A stretch of DNA of 60,743 nt, counting the filler, from Candidatus Woesearchaeota archaeon (lineage in GTDB: Archaea > Nanobdellota > Nanobdellia > SCGC-AAA011-G17 > CAYFGV01), in the NCBI GenBank assembly GCA_964342845.1. It is 3 parts of 3 records of this genome, joined end to end, with 100 filler letters (N's around TTAATTAATTAA, not from the genome) between each part and the next. Parts side by side here need not be neighbours in the genome. Positions count along the whole stretch, not along the records: positions 1 to 23,985 come from CAYFGV010000009.1; positions 24,086 to 43,194 come from CAYFGV010000010.1; 1 more part is not named here. The stretch is one strand, 5' to 3'. The first letter of the stretch is position 1, and every line of letters begins with the position of its first letter. Shown here piece by piece: positions 21,374 through 30,634 of this stretch. The translations under genes were made by a program, and so were the position numbers. The notes under the pieces are model-generated. The model saw nothing but the letters and a program-made list of their open reading frames with translations, had not been told where the DNA came from and did no database searches.

Positions 21374-22235
21374 CTCTCCTCAATTTATCAACTATAGGTT
21401 TCTCAGAGTCATAAACTTTCTTTTCTCCATCTCCTAGGATTTTTGAAACTTCTCTTACATCTCTCACAAGTCTCCACAAACCAGGTGGCTCAACACTAGC
21501 TGCATGATCACTACCCCACATAGCCCTATTAAGAGTTATATGTCTTTCAACCACAGAAGCACCAACTACAACCGCCATAACAGACGACATTATCCCAAGC
21601 TCATGTCCACTATATCCAATTGGAAAAGAATGCTTCTCTTTCAATTGAGGAATAAAATTCAAATTCAACTCTGCATTATCTGAAGGATAAGTTGAAGTAC
21701 AATGTAACATCACTAAATCATCTTCCCCTAAAACTTCTACAGCATGATCTATCTCTTCTTGAGTACTCATCCCTGTAGAAAGAATCACTGGTTTTCCTTT
21801 AGCTCTAATATGTTTTAACAAATTATCATCAGTTAAACTTGCAGAAGCAACCTTATAACAAGGAGTATCAAATTTCTCAAGGAAATCTACACTAGCCTCA
21901 TCCCATGGAGAAGCAAACCAAATAATACCTTTCTCTTTACAATAAGCATCAATTTCTTTATATTCTTCTTCACCAAATTCTAGCCCTCTTTTTAAGTCTC
22001 CATTTGTATCACCAAAAGGATTCTCTCTAGCTTTAGCAAGTTCTTCAGCAGTATATACTACATCTATAGTTCTTTTTTGAAATTTTACTGCATCACAACC
22101 AGAAGAAACAGCCATGTCAACCAATTGTTTAGCTAACCTAATATCACCATTATGGTTTATCCCTACCTCTGCAATTATAAAAGTCGGACAACCTTCACCA
22201 ACTTCTTTATCACCTATTTTAACAGTTTTTGCCAT
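21366..22235 (-). CDS. neuB: N-acetylneuraminate/nonulosonate synthase family (short form, no SAF domain)
   Basis: IAEVGINHNG, DAVKFQKR, LHCTSTYP, GYSGHE, ERHITL, GSDH. Confidence 0.92.
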   Translation of the reverse strand: MAKTVKIGDKEVGEGCPTFIIAEVGINHNGDIRLAKQLVDMAVSSGCDAVKFQKRTIDVVYTAEELAKARENPFGDTNGDLKRGLEFGEEEYKEIDAYCKEKGIIWFASPWDEASVDFLEKFDTPCYKVASASLTDDNLLKHIRAKGKPVILSTGMSTQEEIDHAVEVLGEDDLVMLHCTSTYPSDNAELNLNFIPQLKEKHSFPIGYSGHELGIMSSVMAVVVGASVVERHITLNRAMWGSDHAASVEPPGLWRLVRDVREVSKILGDGEKKVYDSEKPIVDKLRRVK

Positions 22236-22402
22236 TATTATGCCTCCTTTAAAAGTAATATAAGAAGAAACCCAAAATCTTATTTAAGGTTTGTGAATTA
22301 AAAATCTGGATAAAAACATTATTCTCTAAAATAACCATTCTAATACTTAAAACAATATAAATCTAGATTTATACCTAAAAAGACAATAGGAGGGTTTTAA
22401 AA

Positions 22403-23985
22403 ATGAAAAAGATATTTTCTTACTTACTAGTTTTTTTAGTACTTATTTTAACAACAAAATCTGTTTTAGGAGCTGCTGAATGTGGTGGAGACATACAATG
22501 TAGTTGCGGAGATAGTTTAAAATGGTCACAAACAATGTGGTATGATTTAACTGGTTGTTCCGAGCGTGGTATAATAATCGGAGACCATAATGTTGAATTA
22601 GACTGTAACGGACATACAATTGGCGGAATAGGAAATAGTCAAGGTATTTATATGGCTGCTATAGACAACATAACTATTCAAAATTGTAATATCCAAGAAT
22701 TTGACTCAGGAATCTATTTTACCCAAGGATCTAGCAACAATGATATAAGCAATAACAATATAAATAGTAATGTCGATTGGGGAATCTCATTTCACAATTC
22801 AGATTATAATACTATAAACGAAAACCAAATCGGTTATAATGGAGATATAGACTATAACGGAGGCATTTACCTAGATAATTCTAAATATAACACCTTAAAT
22901 AATAATAACATAATTCATAACACCGGGAAAGGTATTTATTTATCAGACTCTACATACAATTTAATTTGGAAAAACGACTTTAATAATAATGATAAAAATA
23001 GTTTCGAATCATATGGTTCAGATAATAATAACTGGAACCTAAGCAGTTTAGGAAATGACTGGGACGATTTCGAAAACAACCCAGGTTATCCAAACTACTA
23101 CGAGATCTCAGGAGACGGAAATGGCATCGACTATTGGCCAAATAGCGCACTAACAATAGAACCTATAGGATATCAAACAATAAACGAAAACAAAACACTA
23201 GTAATTGACGTTGAAGCTTCCAATCCACAAAACAAAACCTTAACCTTTGGAACAAACGCTAATAAAATCCTACCAAGTGAATTTTTCTTCGACGAACAAA
23301 CAGGCCTATTCATTTGGACTCCAACTTTCGACGACGCAGGCTCATATAATATAATATTCAACGTAACAGACGGAGAAAACATAGATGAAGAAGAGGTAAA
23401 CATACAAGTAATCAACGTAAACAGACTACCAGAAGTAGAACCAATAGAAGATATAATAGCAACAGAAAACCAAACATTTGGTATGGAACTTTTTGCAAAC
23501 GACCCAGACGGAGATAACATAACCTACAGCATTTCACCAAAGGGCTTTTTCCAACAAGACGACAATAATTTCGTATGGGATATACAATTCAATGAATCAG
23601 GAAACTACACCTTCACATTAGAAGTAGACGACGGTTTTGATAGACTCTACCTAAACTTCTCAGCAACCATCTACAACGTAAACAGAGCACCAGTTCTGGA
23701 AATAAAAGACCAAATAATTTCAGAAGATGAACTACTAAGATTTTTAATTTACACAGACCCAGATAACCAAAACAACGTACCTAATGATGATAATGAAATA
23801 ACAATCGAAACAATAGGTCTTCCAGAAGGTGCTGAAGTCATAGGAAATTATACAGAATGGACACCAACATATTGGCAATCTGGATTTTATCATCCTATGT
23901 TCATAGTCTCTGATGAAGAATTCGAAGTATTTGACTCAATAACCATAGAAGTCCTTAACAAAGATGGAACTGACTTAAAAATAGA
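22403..23985 (+). CDS. Secreted beta-helix (NosD/CASH) plus cadherin/Ig-like repeat surface protein; truncated by contig end
   Basis: Signal peptide, GI-x-L..S..N beta-helix repeats, NVNRxP/DPDGD Ig-like repeats; GGAGG RBS. Confidence 0.8.
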
Positions 23986-24085
23986 NNNNNNNNNNNNNNN
24001 NNNNNNNNNNNNNNNNNNNNNNNNNNNNNTTAATTAATTAANNNNNNNNNNNNNNNNNNNNNNNNNNNNNNNNNNNNNNNNNNNN
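23986..24085. other. Artificial contig linker (N runs around TTAATTAATTAA)
   Basis: 100-nt N spacer with all-frame stop cassette; ORFs broken on both sides. Confidence 0.97.
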
Positions 24086-24473
24086 TTTTGGTAGTGTTGT
24101 GCAAGTTTTTGAGCCTAGATTTTTTGTGGCTTGTCCTGAGTGTAGGAAAAAGGTTGAATTAGATGGTGATAAAAGTGTTTGTAAGGAGCATGGAGAGGTT
24201 GCTGGAGAAAAGGTTCCTATTTTGAATGTATTTTTTGATGATGGAACAGAGAGTGTTAGGGCTGTTGCTTTTAGAGAAAATGTTAAGACTTTAGTTGGTG
24301 CTGAAGTTTCTGAGGATAGTAGTTTTGAAGAGATTAAGGGTGGTTTGGAGTTGAAACAGGTTGTTTTAGGTGGAAAAGTTACTAAGAATGATATGTTTGA
24401 TAGGTTGGAGTTTATGATTAATTCTGTTGGTGTTGCTGATCCTTTGGAGTTGGTGAAGGAAATTGATGTTTGA
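24086..24473 (+). CDS. Replication protein A large subunit, C-terminal Zn-finger OB fold (5' partial)
   Basis: ACPECRKKV...CKEHG, DDGTESVRAVAF. Confidence 0.8.
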
Positions 24474-24606
24474 GGAAGTGTTTTATTAGAAGATGTGGAT
24501 ATTAGGGTTAGACATCTAAGGTATGTATTTTATTGGATTAACTTTAGAGTAGTAATTACCGAAAACTTTATAAAGATAAGATTTATTTTATTTCTAAGGA
24601 GATAAA

Positions 24607-24840
24607 ATGTCACAGGAAAATTATATTGAAAGATTAAGGAAAGTTGAAAAAAATATAGAAGGTGTGTTGGATTTCGAACAAAAAGCATTAGATAGGTTTG
24701 GAAAGCCTCCTATTGGTGATGAGAGAAGGATGGTTACTTATAAAAGTTATACTGAACCGATAGTATGCACAATAATAGCATATCAGGTAGCATTGGGCTA
24801 CATAAGAGAACATTTTTCTGAATTGAGAGAGGAAGAGTAA
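24607..24840 (+). CDS. Hypothetical protein (77 aa)
   Basis: ATG with AAGGAG RBS and TTTATAAA upstream. Confidence 0.5.
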   Translation: MSQENYIERLRKVEKNIEGVLDFEQKALDRFGKPPIGDERRMVTYKSYTEPIVCTIIAYQVALGYIREHFSELREEE

Positions 24841-25037
24841 ATCTTTTTAATATTTAAAATAGGAAAGTTTAAATGCTTTAGTGATTCTTTTGTTTTTAGG
24901 CAAACGGATGAATTAATTCAAGAAGAAATTGAAGAAATGGAAGAGCTAGATAAGATTTGGAAAGACATAGATGAAGGAAAGGGTGTTTCTATGAGTAAGA
25001 AGGAATTTTTGAAAGAAATGATTAAAGGTGATTAAAA

Positions 25038-25496
25038 TTGATGTTTAGAACCCATTTTGTTTTAAGTTTGTTTTTAGGTTTGTTGTTTATGGAATTGTTT
25101 TCTTATGGTTGGGTGTTTTTACTTATTGTGGTTTTAGTTGGTGTTTTGCCTGATATTGATCATCCTAAAAGTTTTATCGGAAAAAGATTAAGAGGGTTAT
25201 CTGATTTTATTAGTTTTATTTTTGGACATAGAGGTTTTTTTCATTCTATTTTTATTGTTTTAATTGTTGTTATTTTTTTAAGTTATTTTGGTTTAAGTGA
25301 ATATTCTTTTGCTTTTAGTTTAGGTTATTTGAGCCATTTAGTTGGAGATATGATGACTAGAAGTGGGGTTGCTTTTTTGTATCCTTTTTCTGAATTTAAA
25401 ATTAAAGGTATTGTTAAGGTTGATGGGTTTTTAGAAGAAGTTTTATTTTTTGGATTGATTTTTTTAGATGTTTTTTTGATTCTGAGGATAATTTAA
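25038..25496 (+). CDS. YdjM-like membrane metal-dependent hydrolase
   Basis: RTH, LPDIDHP, HRGFFHS, SHLVGD. Confidence 0.88.
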   Translation: MMFRTHFVLSLFLGLLFMELFSYGWVFLLIVVLVGVLPDIDHPKSFIGKRLRGLSDFISFIFGHRGFFHSIFIVLIVVIFLSYFGLSEYSFAFSLGYLSHLVGDMMTRSGVAFLYPFSEFKIKGIVKVDGFLEEVLFFGLIFLDVFLILRII

Positions 25497-25514
25497 TAAA
25501 TTTATACACTTTTT

Positions 25515-25598
25515 TTATTTTCCACAACAGTCTTTATGTTTTTTTCCAGAACCACAAGAACATTTTTTGTTATCCTCACAACCGCATGTTTTGCACAT
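25515..25598 (-). CDS. 27-aa Cys-rich SEC-C / metallothionein-like peptide (not in ORF track)
   Basis: GGAGGTGA RBS then MCKTCGCEDNKKCSCGSGKKHKDCCGK*; C-terminal half matches SEC-C CxCGSGKKxKxCC. Confidence 0.75.
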   Translation of the reverse strand: MCKTCGCEDNKKCSCGSGKKHKDCCGK

Positions 25599-25620
25599 TT
25601 TTATTCACCTCCTTTATTTT

Positions 25621-25851
25621 TTAAAATGGATTTCCGAAATATATTATCGCTAAAATTGCATGGGCTAATATTGATGCTATTAGAAAATACCAGTAATAAC
25701 AGTGGTATTTGTAAAAGTTCATATATGTTTTAGTTGGTTTTTTGATTTTTAACATACATCTGCAAGAGGATGCTACTAAGAGTAAACCCAAAATGTTTGT
25801 AAATCCTAAAGAGTATACAATTTTTTGGGCTAGAAGAGGATCTATTGTCAT
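25621..25851 (-). CDS. Small 2-TM protein with SCRC and HCYYW motifs
   Basis: ATGA-coupled to cupredoxin gene; two hydrophobic helices. Confidence 0.65.
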   Translation of the reverse strand: MTIDPLLAQKIVYSLGFTNILGLLLVASSCRCMLKIKKPTKTYMNFYKYHCYYWYFLIASILAHAILAIIYFGNPF

Positions 25852-26243
25852 TCTACTATTAATGTACCCTCCATTTCATTATGGTTGGATCCGCAATATA
25901 CGCTGCATGAAAATGTGAATGTTCCTGTTTTGTCTGCTATGAATTCTATTGTAGTTATTTGGTCTGGTGAGATATTTTCATTTATGTCGAAGTCTGGTAT
26001 GCTGATTCCATGTGCAACATCTGTACTTGTTATTGTTAATTTAACTAAATCTCCCTGGTTTACTGTTATTGTTGAAGGTGTGAATTCAAATTGTTTTGCT
26101 GTCATTGTAAATTCTTTTATTTCTCCTTCAGGGGGGGTACCTGTATCAAGTTCGTTGTTTGTGTTTCCGGTTTGTGTAGAGCTATTACAGCCAGAGATTA
26201 TGACTATTCCTAGGATGGTTAAAATTATAAGTATTTTTTTCAT
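25848..26243 (-). CDS. Cupredoxin (CuA-type, COX II/NosZ C-terminal-like) lipoprotein
   Basis: Lipobox ISGC, DVAHG, CSVYCGSNHNEM. Confidence 0.88.
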   Translation of the reverse strand: MKKILIILTILGIVIISGCNSSTQTGNTNNELDTGTPPEGEIKEFTMTAKQFEFTPSTITVNQGDLVKLTITSTDVAHGISIPDFDINENISPDQITTIEFIADKTGTFTFSCSVYCGSNHNEMEGTLIVE

Positions 26244-26303
26244 ATGTTATTTTTTGTATTTTTAGTTTAAATAAATTTCTATTTTGATTTTGGATATTTT
26301 TAT

Positions 26304-26789
26304 TTATATTTTTTTCAAGTATTGCGTAGAATTAAGTAAACCTTTTGGTTTTCTACCTTTGTGCCATATTGTTGTTTTTTTAGGTAATTTAGAGTGATAT
26401 TCAAAATGAAGCATTGTATGTTTTGGTTTATGTGCGAAGATTTTTCCTACTTTTGCAATTTTTTGACCTGCTTTTACTTTTTGTCCTAGTTTTAATTTAG
26501 GTTTTTCTATTTCGCAATATAATGCGAAGTTTTTATCTTTGTGTTGAATTGCTATTGCATATGTTTTTTCGTATTTATTATATTTATCTAAGGAAGGATA
26601 TGTAAATAAAAAAATGTTTTTAACAATTCCGTCTTCTATTGATACAACATCTGATTTGTGTTTAGCGAGTATATCTGTACCGGCATGAAATCTATTGTTT
26701 TCTTTATTTCTTCCGAATCCTCTTTTACTTTTTGATTTTGGAATTTTTTTCTTTGTTGAAGGGACTGGCCAAAAGTATTTTTTCTTCAT
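26304..26789 (-). CDS. M23 family metallopeptidase-like protein
   Basis: FG..R....RFHAGTD, GQKVKAGQKIAKVG, MLHFE. Confidence 0.82.
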   Translation of the reverse strand: MKKKYFWPVPSTKKKIPKSKSKRGFGRNKENNRFHAGTDILAKHKSDVVSIEDGIVKNIFLFTYPSLDKYNKYEKTYAIAIQHKDKNFALYCEIEKPKLKLGQKVKAGQKIAKVGKIFAHKPKHTMLHFEYHSKLPKKTTIWHKGRKPKGLLNSTQYLKKI

Positions 26790-26825
26790 AGTTTTAATTT
26801 TGTTTGAGTGTTTATAAATGTTTTC

Positions 26826-26844
26826 TGCTAGTAACTTTCTAGCA
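26826..26844. promoter_or_regulatory. Palindrome TGCTAG-N7-CTAGCA between divergent promoters
   Basis: Perfect 6-bp inverted repeat about 30 nt upstream of TTTATAAA (26873-26880). Confidence 0.35.
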
Positions 26845-26934
26845 TTGCAAGGATTTCTACACGCGCATAAGATTTATAAAGGAGAATGACTTTCTTAGTT
26901 ATACCTGTGAAATAAGACGCGAAAGCAAAACGAG

Positions 26935-27738
26935 GTGATTTGTTTGAGATGGACCAATAACGAAATTGAGCTACTAAGGAGAGATTATGTTGATAAGGGA
27001 GAATTCTGTCTTTCTTCTGTGTTGAATAGATCTCCTAATGCTATCAGAATAATGGCTTCTAGAGATGGAATTAGTAAGCTTGCTTATCGAAAAGACATTA
27101 AGTTATCTGAGTCAGAAAAGCAGATTATTTTGGGGGGTTTATTTGGAGATCTTTATTCTAGGATTAAGGATAAATGTAAAAATGCTCGTATAGAGGGAGC
27201 CCATTGCAAAAAACAAGAAAAATATTTACTTTGGAAAGTTAATATGCTGAAAAGTTTATCTTTTAATTTGAGAAGAAATAAATTAGGATATTTGTCTTTT
27301 GAAAGCAGGAGATTCCCTTGTTTAAATTATTATCACAATCTGTTTTATAAGAATGGGAAGAAGGAAGTAACTAGACAGATTTTAGATTTGGTTGATAGAT
27401 TGGGGTTGGCTGTTTGGTATATGGATGATGGTTCTTATAAAAAGAGAGATAGGAACTGTACTTTACATACTAATGGGTTTACTTATGCTGAAAATTTGGT
27501 TATAAAGGAGTGGTTTGAAGAGAAATGGAGTATTTTTCCTAGTATATGTTCCAATACAGATCCTAAGAGGCATCCTGGTAAGAGATGGCATTATTTATAT
27601 TTTGGTACTAAGGAGGCTGAGAAGTTTATTAGTCTTATTAAAGATTATATTCATCCATCTATGTTGTATAAGATAGGAGTTTTCAAAAAGGAACTAAATG
27701 GAGGTGGTTTCTATGGTAAAAAAGGAAGAAGTAAATAG
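26935..27738 (+). mobile_element. Free-standing LAGLIDADG homing endonuclease (probable TTG start 26944)
   Basis: ILGGLFGD and LAVWYMDDG motifs, LHTNGFT..E..., SMLYKI end; no intein splice motifs. Confidence 0.85.
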
Positions 27739-27982
27739 ACCTATAAAAAAATTTAAGGTTGGACTTATAGAAGCAGCAGTTTGGGCAAATAAAAGAGAGT
27801 TTGATGGAAAAGAGGTAGAGTTTAAGACAGTTACTTTGAGTAGAAGTTATAAGAAGAAGGATGAAGATGTTTGGAGGAGCGAGGTGATTAATAATTTAAG
27901 AAGAAATGATCTTCCAAAGTTGATGGCTATTTTTGGGAAATTACAAGATTATTTGTATTTTGAGGTGCAAGAAAATGAGTAA
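27713..27982 (+). CDS. Small putative ssDNA-binding protein
   Basis: GGAGGTG RBS; IEAAVWAN...VTLSRSYK...W pattern; overlaps radA start. Confidence 0.5.
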   Translation: MVKKEEVNRPIKKFKVGLIEAAVWANKREFDGKEVEFKTVTLSRSYKKKDEDVWRSEVINNLRRNDLPKLMAIFGKLQDYLYFEVQENE

Positions 27983-28925
27983 ATTAAAAAAAGTAGAAGA
28001 TTTACCTGGTGTTGGTGCCGCTACAGCTGAGAAATTGAAAGAGGCTGGTTTTGATACTTTACTGAGTGTTGCTGTTGCAAGTCCTGGTGTGATTACTGAA
28101 GCTTCTGGTGTTGGTGAATCTGTTGCAAGAAAGATGATTCAAGCTTCTAGGAATGCTTTGGAAATGGGGTTTGAGTCTGGGATGGATTTATTGAAGAAAG
28201 CTGAAAAGATTGAAAGGATTACAACTGGAAGTAAAGAGTTAGATAAGTTGATTGGTGGTGGTATTGAGACTGGAAATATTACTGAACTATATGGTGGTTT
28301 TGCTTCTGGGAAAAGTCAAGTAGGTTATCAGATAGCTATTAATGTTCAGCTGCCGAAAGAGAAAGGTGGGTTAGGTGCTGGTGTTGTTTTTTTGGATACA
28401 GAGAGTACTTTTAGGGTGCAGAGGATTAAACAGTTAGCTGAAGCAGCTAGTATGGATGTTGAAAAGACTTTGAAGAATATCAAATGCGTTCGTTGTTTTA
28501 ATAGTGATCATCAAATGTTATTAACAGAGAAGGTTGAGGATTTGATTAAAGAAGGTTTTCCTGTTAGGTTGATTGTTGTGGATTCATTAATTTCTTTGTT
28601 TAGAAGTGAGTTTGTAGGTCGTGGTCAGTTGGCGGATCGTCAACAAAAATTGAATAAACATATACACACTTTGCAGAAGTTAGCTGATATGTATAACATT
28701 GCTATCTATGTGACTAATCAAGTTATGTCTAAGCCAGATACATTTTTTGGAGATCCTACTGCTCCTGTTGGTGGAAACATATTGGCACATGGTTGCAACA
28801 CAAGGATATATGTTCGTAAGGGAAAGAAAGGGACAAGAGTTGCTAAGTTGGTAGATTCAAGTTATCTTGCTGAGGGAGAGGCGATTTTTAGGATAACCGG
28901 AGAAGGGATTAAGGACATGGATTGA
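27975..28925 (+). CDS. radA: DNA repair and recombination protein RadA
   Basis: HhH LPGVG, Walker A GGFASGKSQ, LIVVDS, FRSEFVGRGQLADRQQKL, TNQV. Confidence 0.96.
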   Translation: MSKLKKVEDLPGVGAATAEKLKEAGFDTLLSVAVASPGVITEASGVGESVARKMIQASRNALEMGFESGMDLLKKAEKIERITTGSKELDKLIGGGIETGNITELYGGFASGKSQVGYQIAINVQLPKEKGGLGAGVVFLDTESTFRVQRIKQLAEAASMDVEKTLKNIKCVRCFNSDHQMLLTEKVEDLIKEGFPVRLIVVDSLISLFRSEFVGRGQLADRQQKLNKHIHTLQKLADMYNIAIYVTNQVMSKPDTFFGDPTAPVGGNILAHGCNTRIYVRKGKKGTRVAKLVDSSYLAEGEAIFRITGEGIKDMD

Positions 28926-29918
28926 AGATGTATAATTATTATACTATGGAAGATTATGAGTTAGTGATGTATTTGAGAAGAAAGTTTGGTTGGGGTATGA
29001 AAAGAATTTCAGAATATTTGCTGAAGAAAGATGGACGAAAAGTAGGGCATGGAGCTATTGTTGGATGGATATATTTGGGTAGGAAGCCTATCTACAATAT
29101 TAAAGAGATAAAAGAAGGTTCAGAGATACTTACTTTAGATAAGGCTTATATTCTAGGTGTGTTGTGTGGAGACGGTTATTTGACTACTGGGTATCGGGTT
29201 GGATTGGATTGTTGTGATAAGGACTTTGTTGAATATTTTCTACAATGTTTAAATAATGTCTATAGTATGACCTCAAAGATAAGGCTTAGGTATAGGGAAC
29301 GTACTAATTTCGGTGTTGCTAGACTGCAATATTCCCTTCAGATGTGTTCTAAACTTGTTACAAGGGATTTGCTGAGGTACTCTAAATCTTTTAAGTCTAA
29401 GGAATGGATCCTTCCGTCTGAGATAAAACAAGGGAATTTATTGATTAAGGCGTCGTTTCTTAAAGGTTTATTTGATTCTGAAGGGGGAATTAGGTTATTA
29501 CATAAAGGAGCAGGCTATTTGCAGGTGTGCTCTGGTAATAATAAATCTTTGCTTGAGGTCAAAGAGATGCTAGAGTCTTCTTTTGGGATACGTTGTAGTG
29601 TGAAGTTCAATCAGAACAAAGTAATGATTTTAGTCTCTACTAATTATGATTCTATCAAAGGTTTTTATGATAACATCGGATTTACAATTAAAAGGAAGCA
29701 GAATAGATTGGTTTCGGTTTTGAATTCATATAAAAGGAAAGGGATTAAAAGATATTCTTTAGATTTTAAGAGGGAAGCTATGCGTTTGTTGGATAGATGT
29801 GGTGACCATAGATTTGTTGGGCAACTTATGAATACATCTTATACAAATCTCTATGATTGGGAGAAAGCTGTTTTAAGTGGTAGATTAGATTTAAGTAGAG
29901 ATTAAGGATATAGATTAG
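28907..29918 (+). repeat. Imperfect direct repeat of the radA 3' end bracketing the endonuclease (28907-28925 and 29900-29918)
   Basis: g-att-aag-gac-atg-gat-tga (IKDMD*) versus g-att-aag-gat-ata-gat-tag (IKDID*). Confidence 0.75.
28922..29905 (+). mobile_element. Free-standing LAGLIDADG endonuclease (intein-type domain) with HTH-like termini
   Basis: AYILGVLCGDG and FLKGLFDSEG motifs; C-terminal RYSLDFKREAM...NLYDW HTH; no Hint motifs. Confidence 0.88.
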
Positions 29919-29954
29919 AAAAAAGAAGATTTAAATAGGAGGAAATATATATAT

Positions 29955-30200
29955 ATGGATATTAAAATGAAAACATTTACAGCAGTTATTCATAGAGAAG
30001 AAGACATGTTTGTGGCTGAATGTCCTGAATTAGGTACAGCTAGCCAAGGTAAGACAGTAGAAGAAGCGGTGAAGAATTTGAAGGAAGCTACTGAGTTGTA
30101 TTTAGAAGAGTTTCCCTTGGAAGGAGATAACGGCAAAGCTTTAATGACCACTTTTGAGGTGTCTGAACATGCCAAAACTGCAGAAGCTGTCAGGGCGTAA
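29955..30200 (+). CDS. hicB: HicB family antitoxin (short)
   Basis: FVAECPELGTASQGKTVEEAVKNLKEATELYLE. Confidence 0.9.
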   Translation: MDIKMKTFTAVIHREEDMFVAECPELGTASQGKTVEEAVKNLKEATELYLEEFPLEGDNGKALMTTFEVSEHAKTAEAVRA

Positions 30201-30399
30201 AACTCTTAAAATTCTTTGTAATAGGTTTGACTTTGAGATAACAGGAAGAACAGGGAGTCATGTTAGGATTTCAAAGATGACTAATAAGGGGAAAGTTGGG
30301 ACTGTTGTTCCTATGCATAAAGAACTTAAGACAGGGACTTTGAAGAGTATTCTGAGATTAGCTAAAGTAGATGAAGAGGAGTTTTCGAAACATATTTAA
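30169..30399 (+). CDS. hicA: HicA family mRNA interferase toxin
   Basis: MPKL...GSHV...VVPMHKELKTGTLKSIL. Confidence 0.9.
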   Translation: MPKLQKLSGRKTLKILCNRFDFEITGRTGSHVRISKMTNKGKVGTVVPMHKELKTGTLKSILRLAKVDEEEFSKHI

Positions 30400-30436
30400 A
30401 TTCTTTTTTTTATTTTTATTCTTGAGGTGATATTAA

Positions 30437-30634
30437 ATGGATAGTTTAGTTATGTTTAATGTAGGGCTGGTATTTTTAATTATTTGGAGTATGATTTGGA
30501 AAGGGATTGCTTTATGGAAGGCTGGTGTTAATAAACATCTGTATTGGTTTATAGCAATGTTTGTTTTAAATACTGCTGGAATTTTACCGATAATTTACAT
30601 ATTTAATTTTAGTAAGAAAAAGGGTAAGAAGTAA
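30437..30634 (+). CDS. DUF5652-like small membrane protein
   Basis: WKGIALWKA...WF...NTAGILPIIY. Confidence 0.75.
   Translation: MDSLVMFNVGLVFLIIWSMIWKGIALWKAGVNKHLYWFIAMFVLNTAGILPIIYIFNFSKKKGKK

Noticed and set aside
23986..24085. TTAATTAATTAA palindrome within N runs (also 43195-43294)
   Set aside because: Assembly linker; adjacency and skew switches across it are not biological
24937..25035. 32-aa ORF MEELDKIWKDIDEGKGVSMSKKEFLKEMIKGD resembling an antitoxin tail
   Set aside because: No clear RBS or partner toxin; possibly a remnant but unsupported
28922..29905. Possible radA intein or intron
   Set aside because: radA has its own stop before the ORF and no Hint or splice motifs are present
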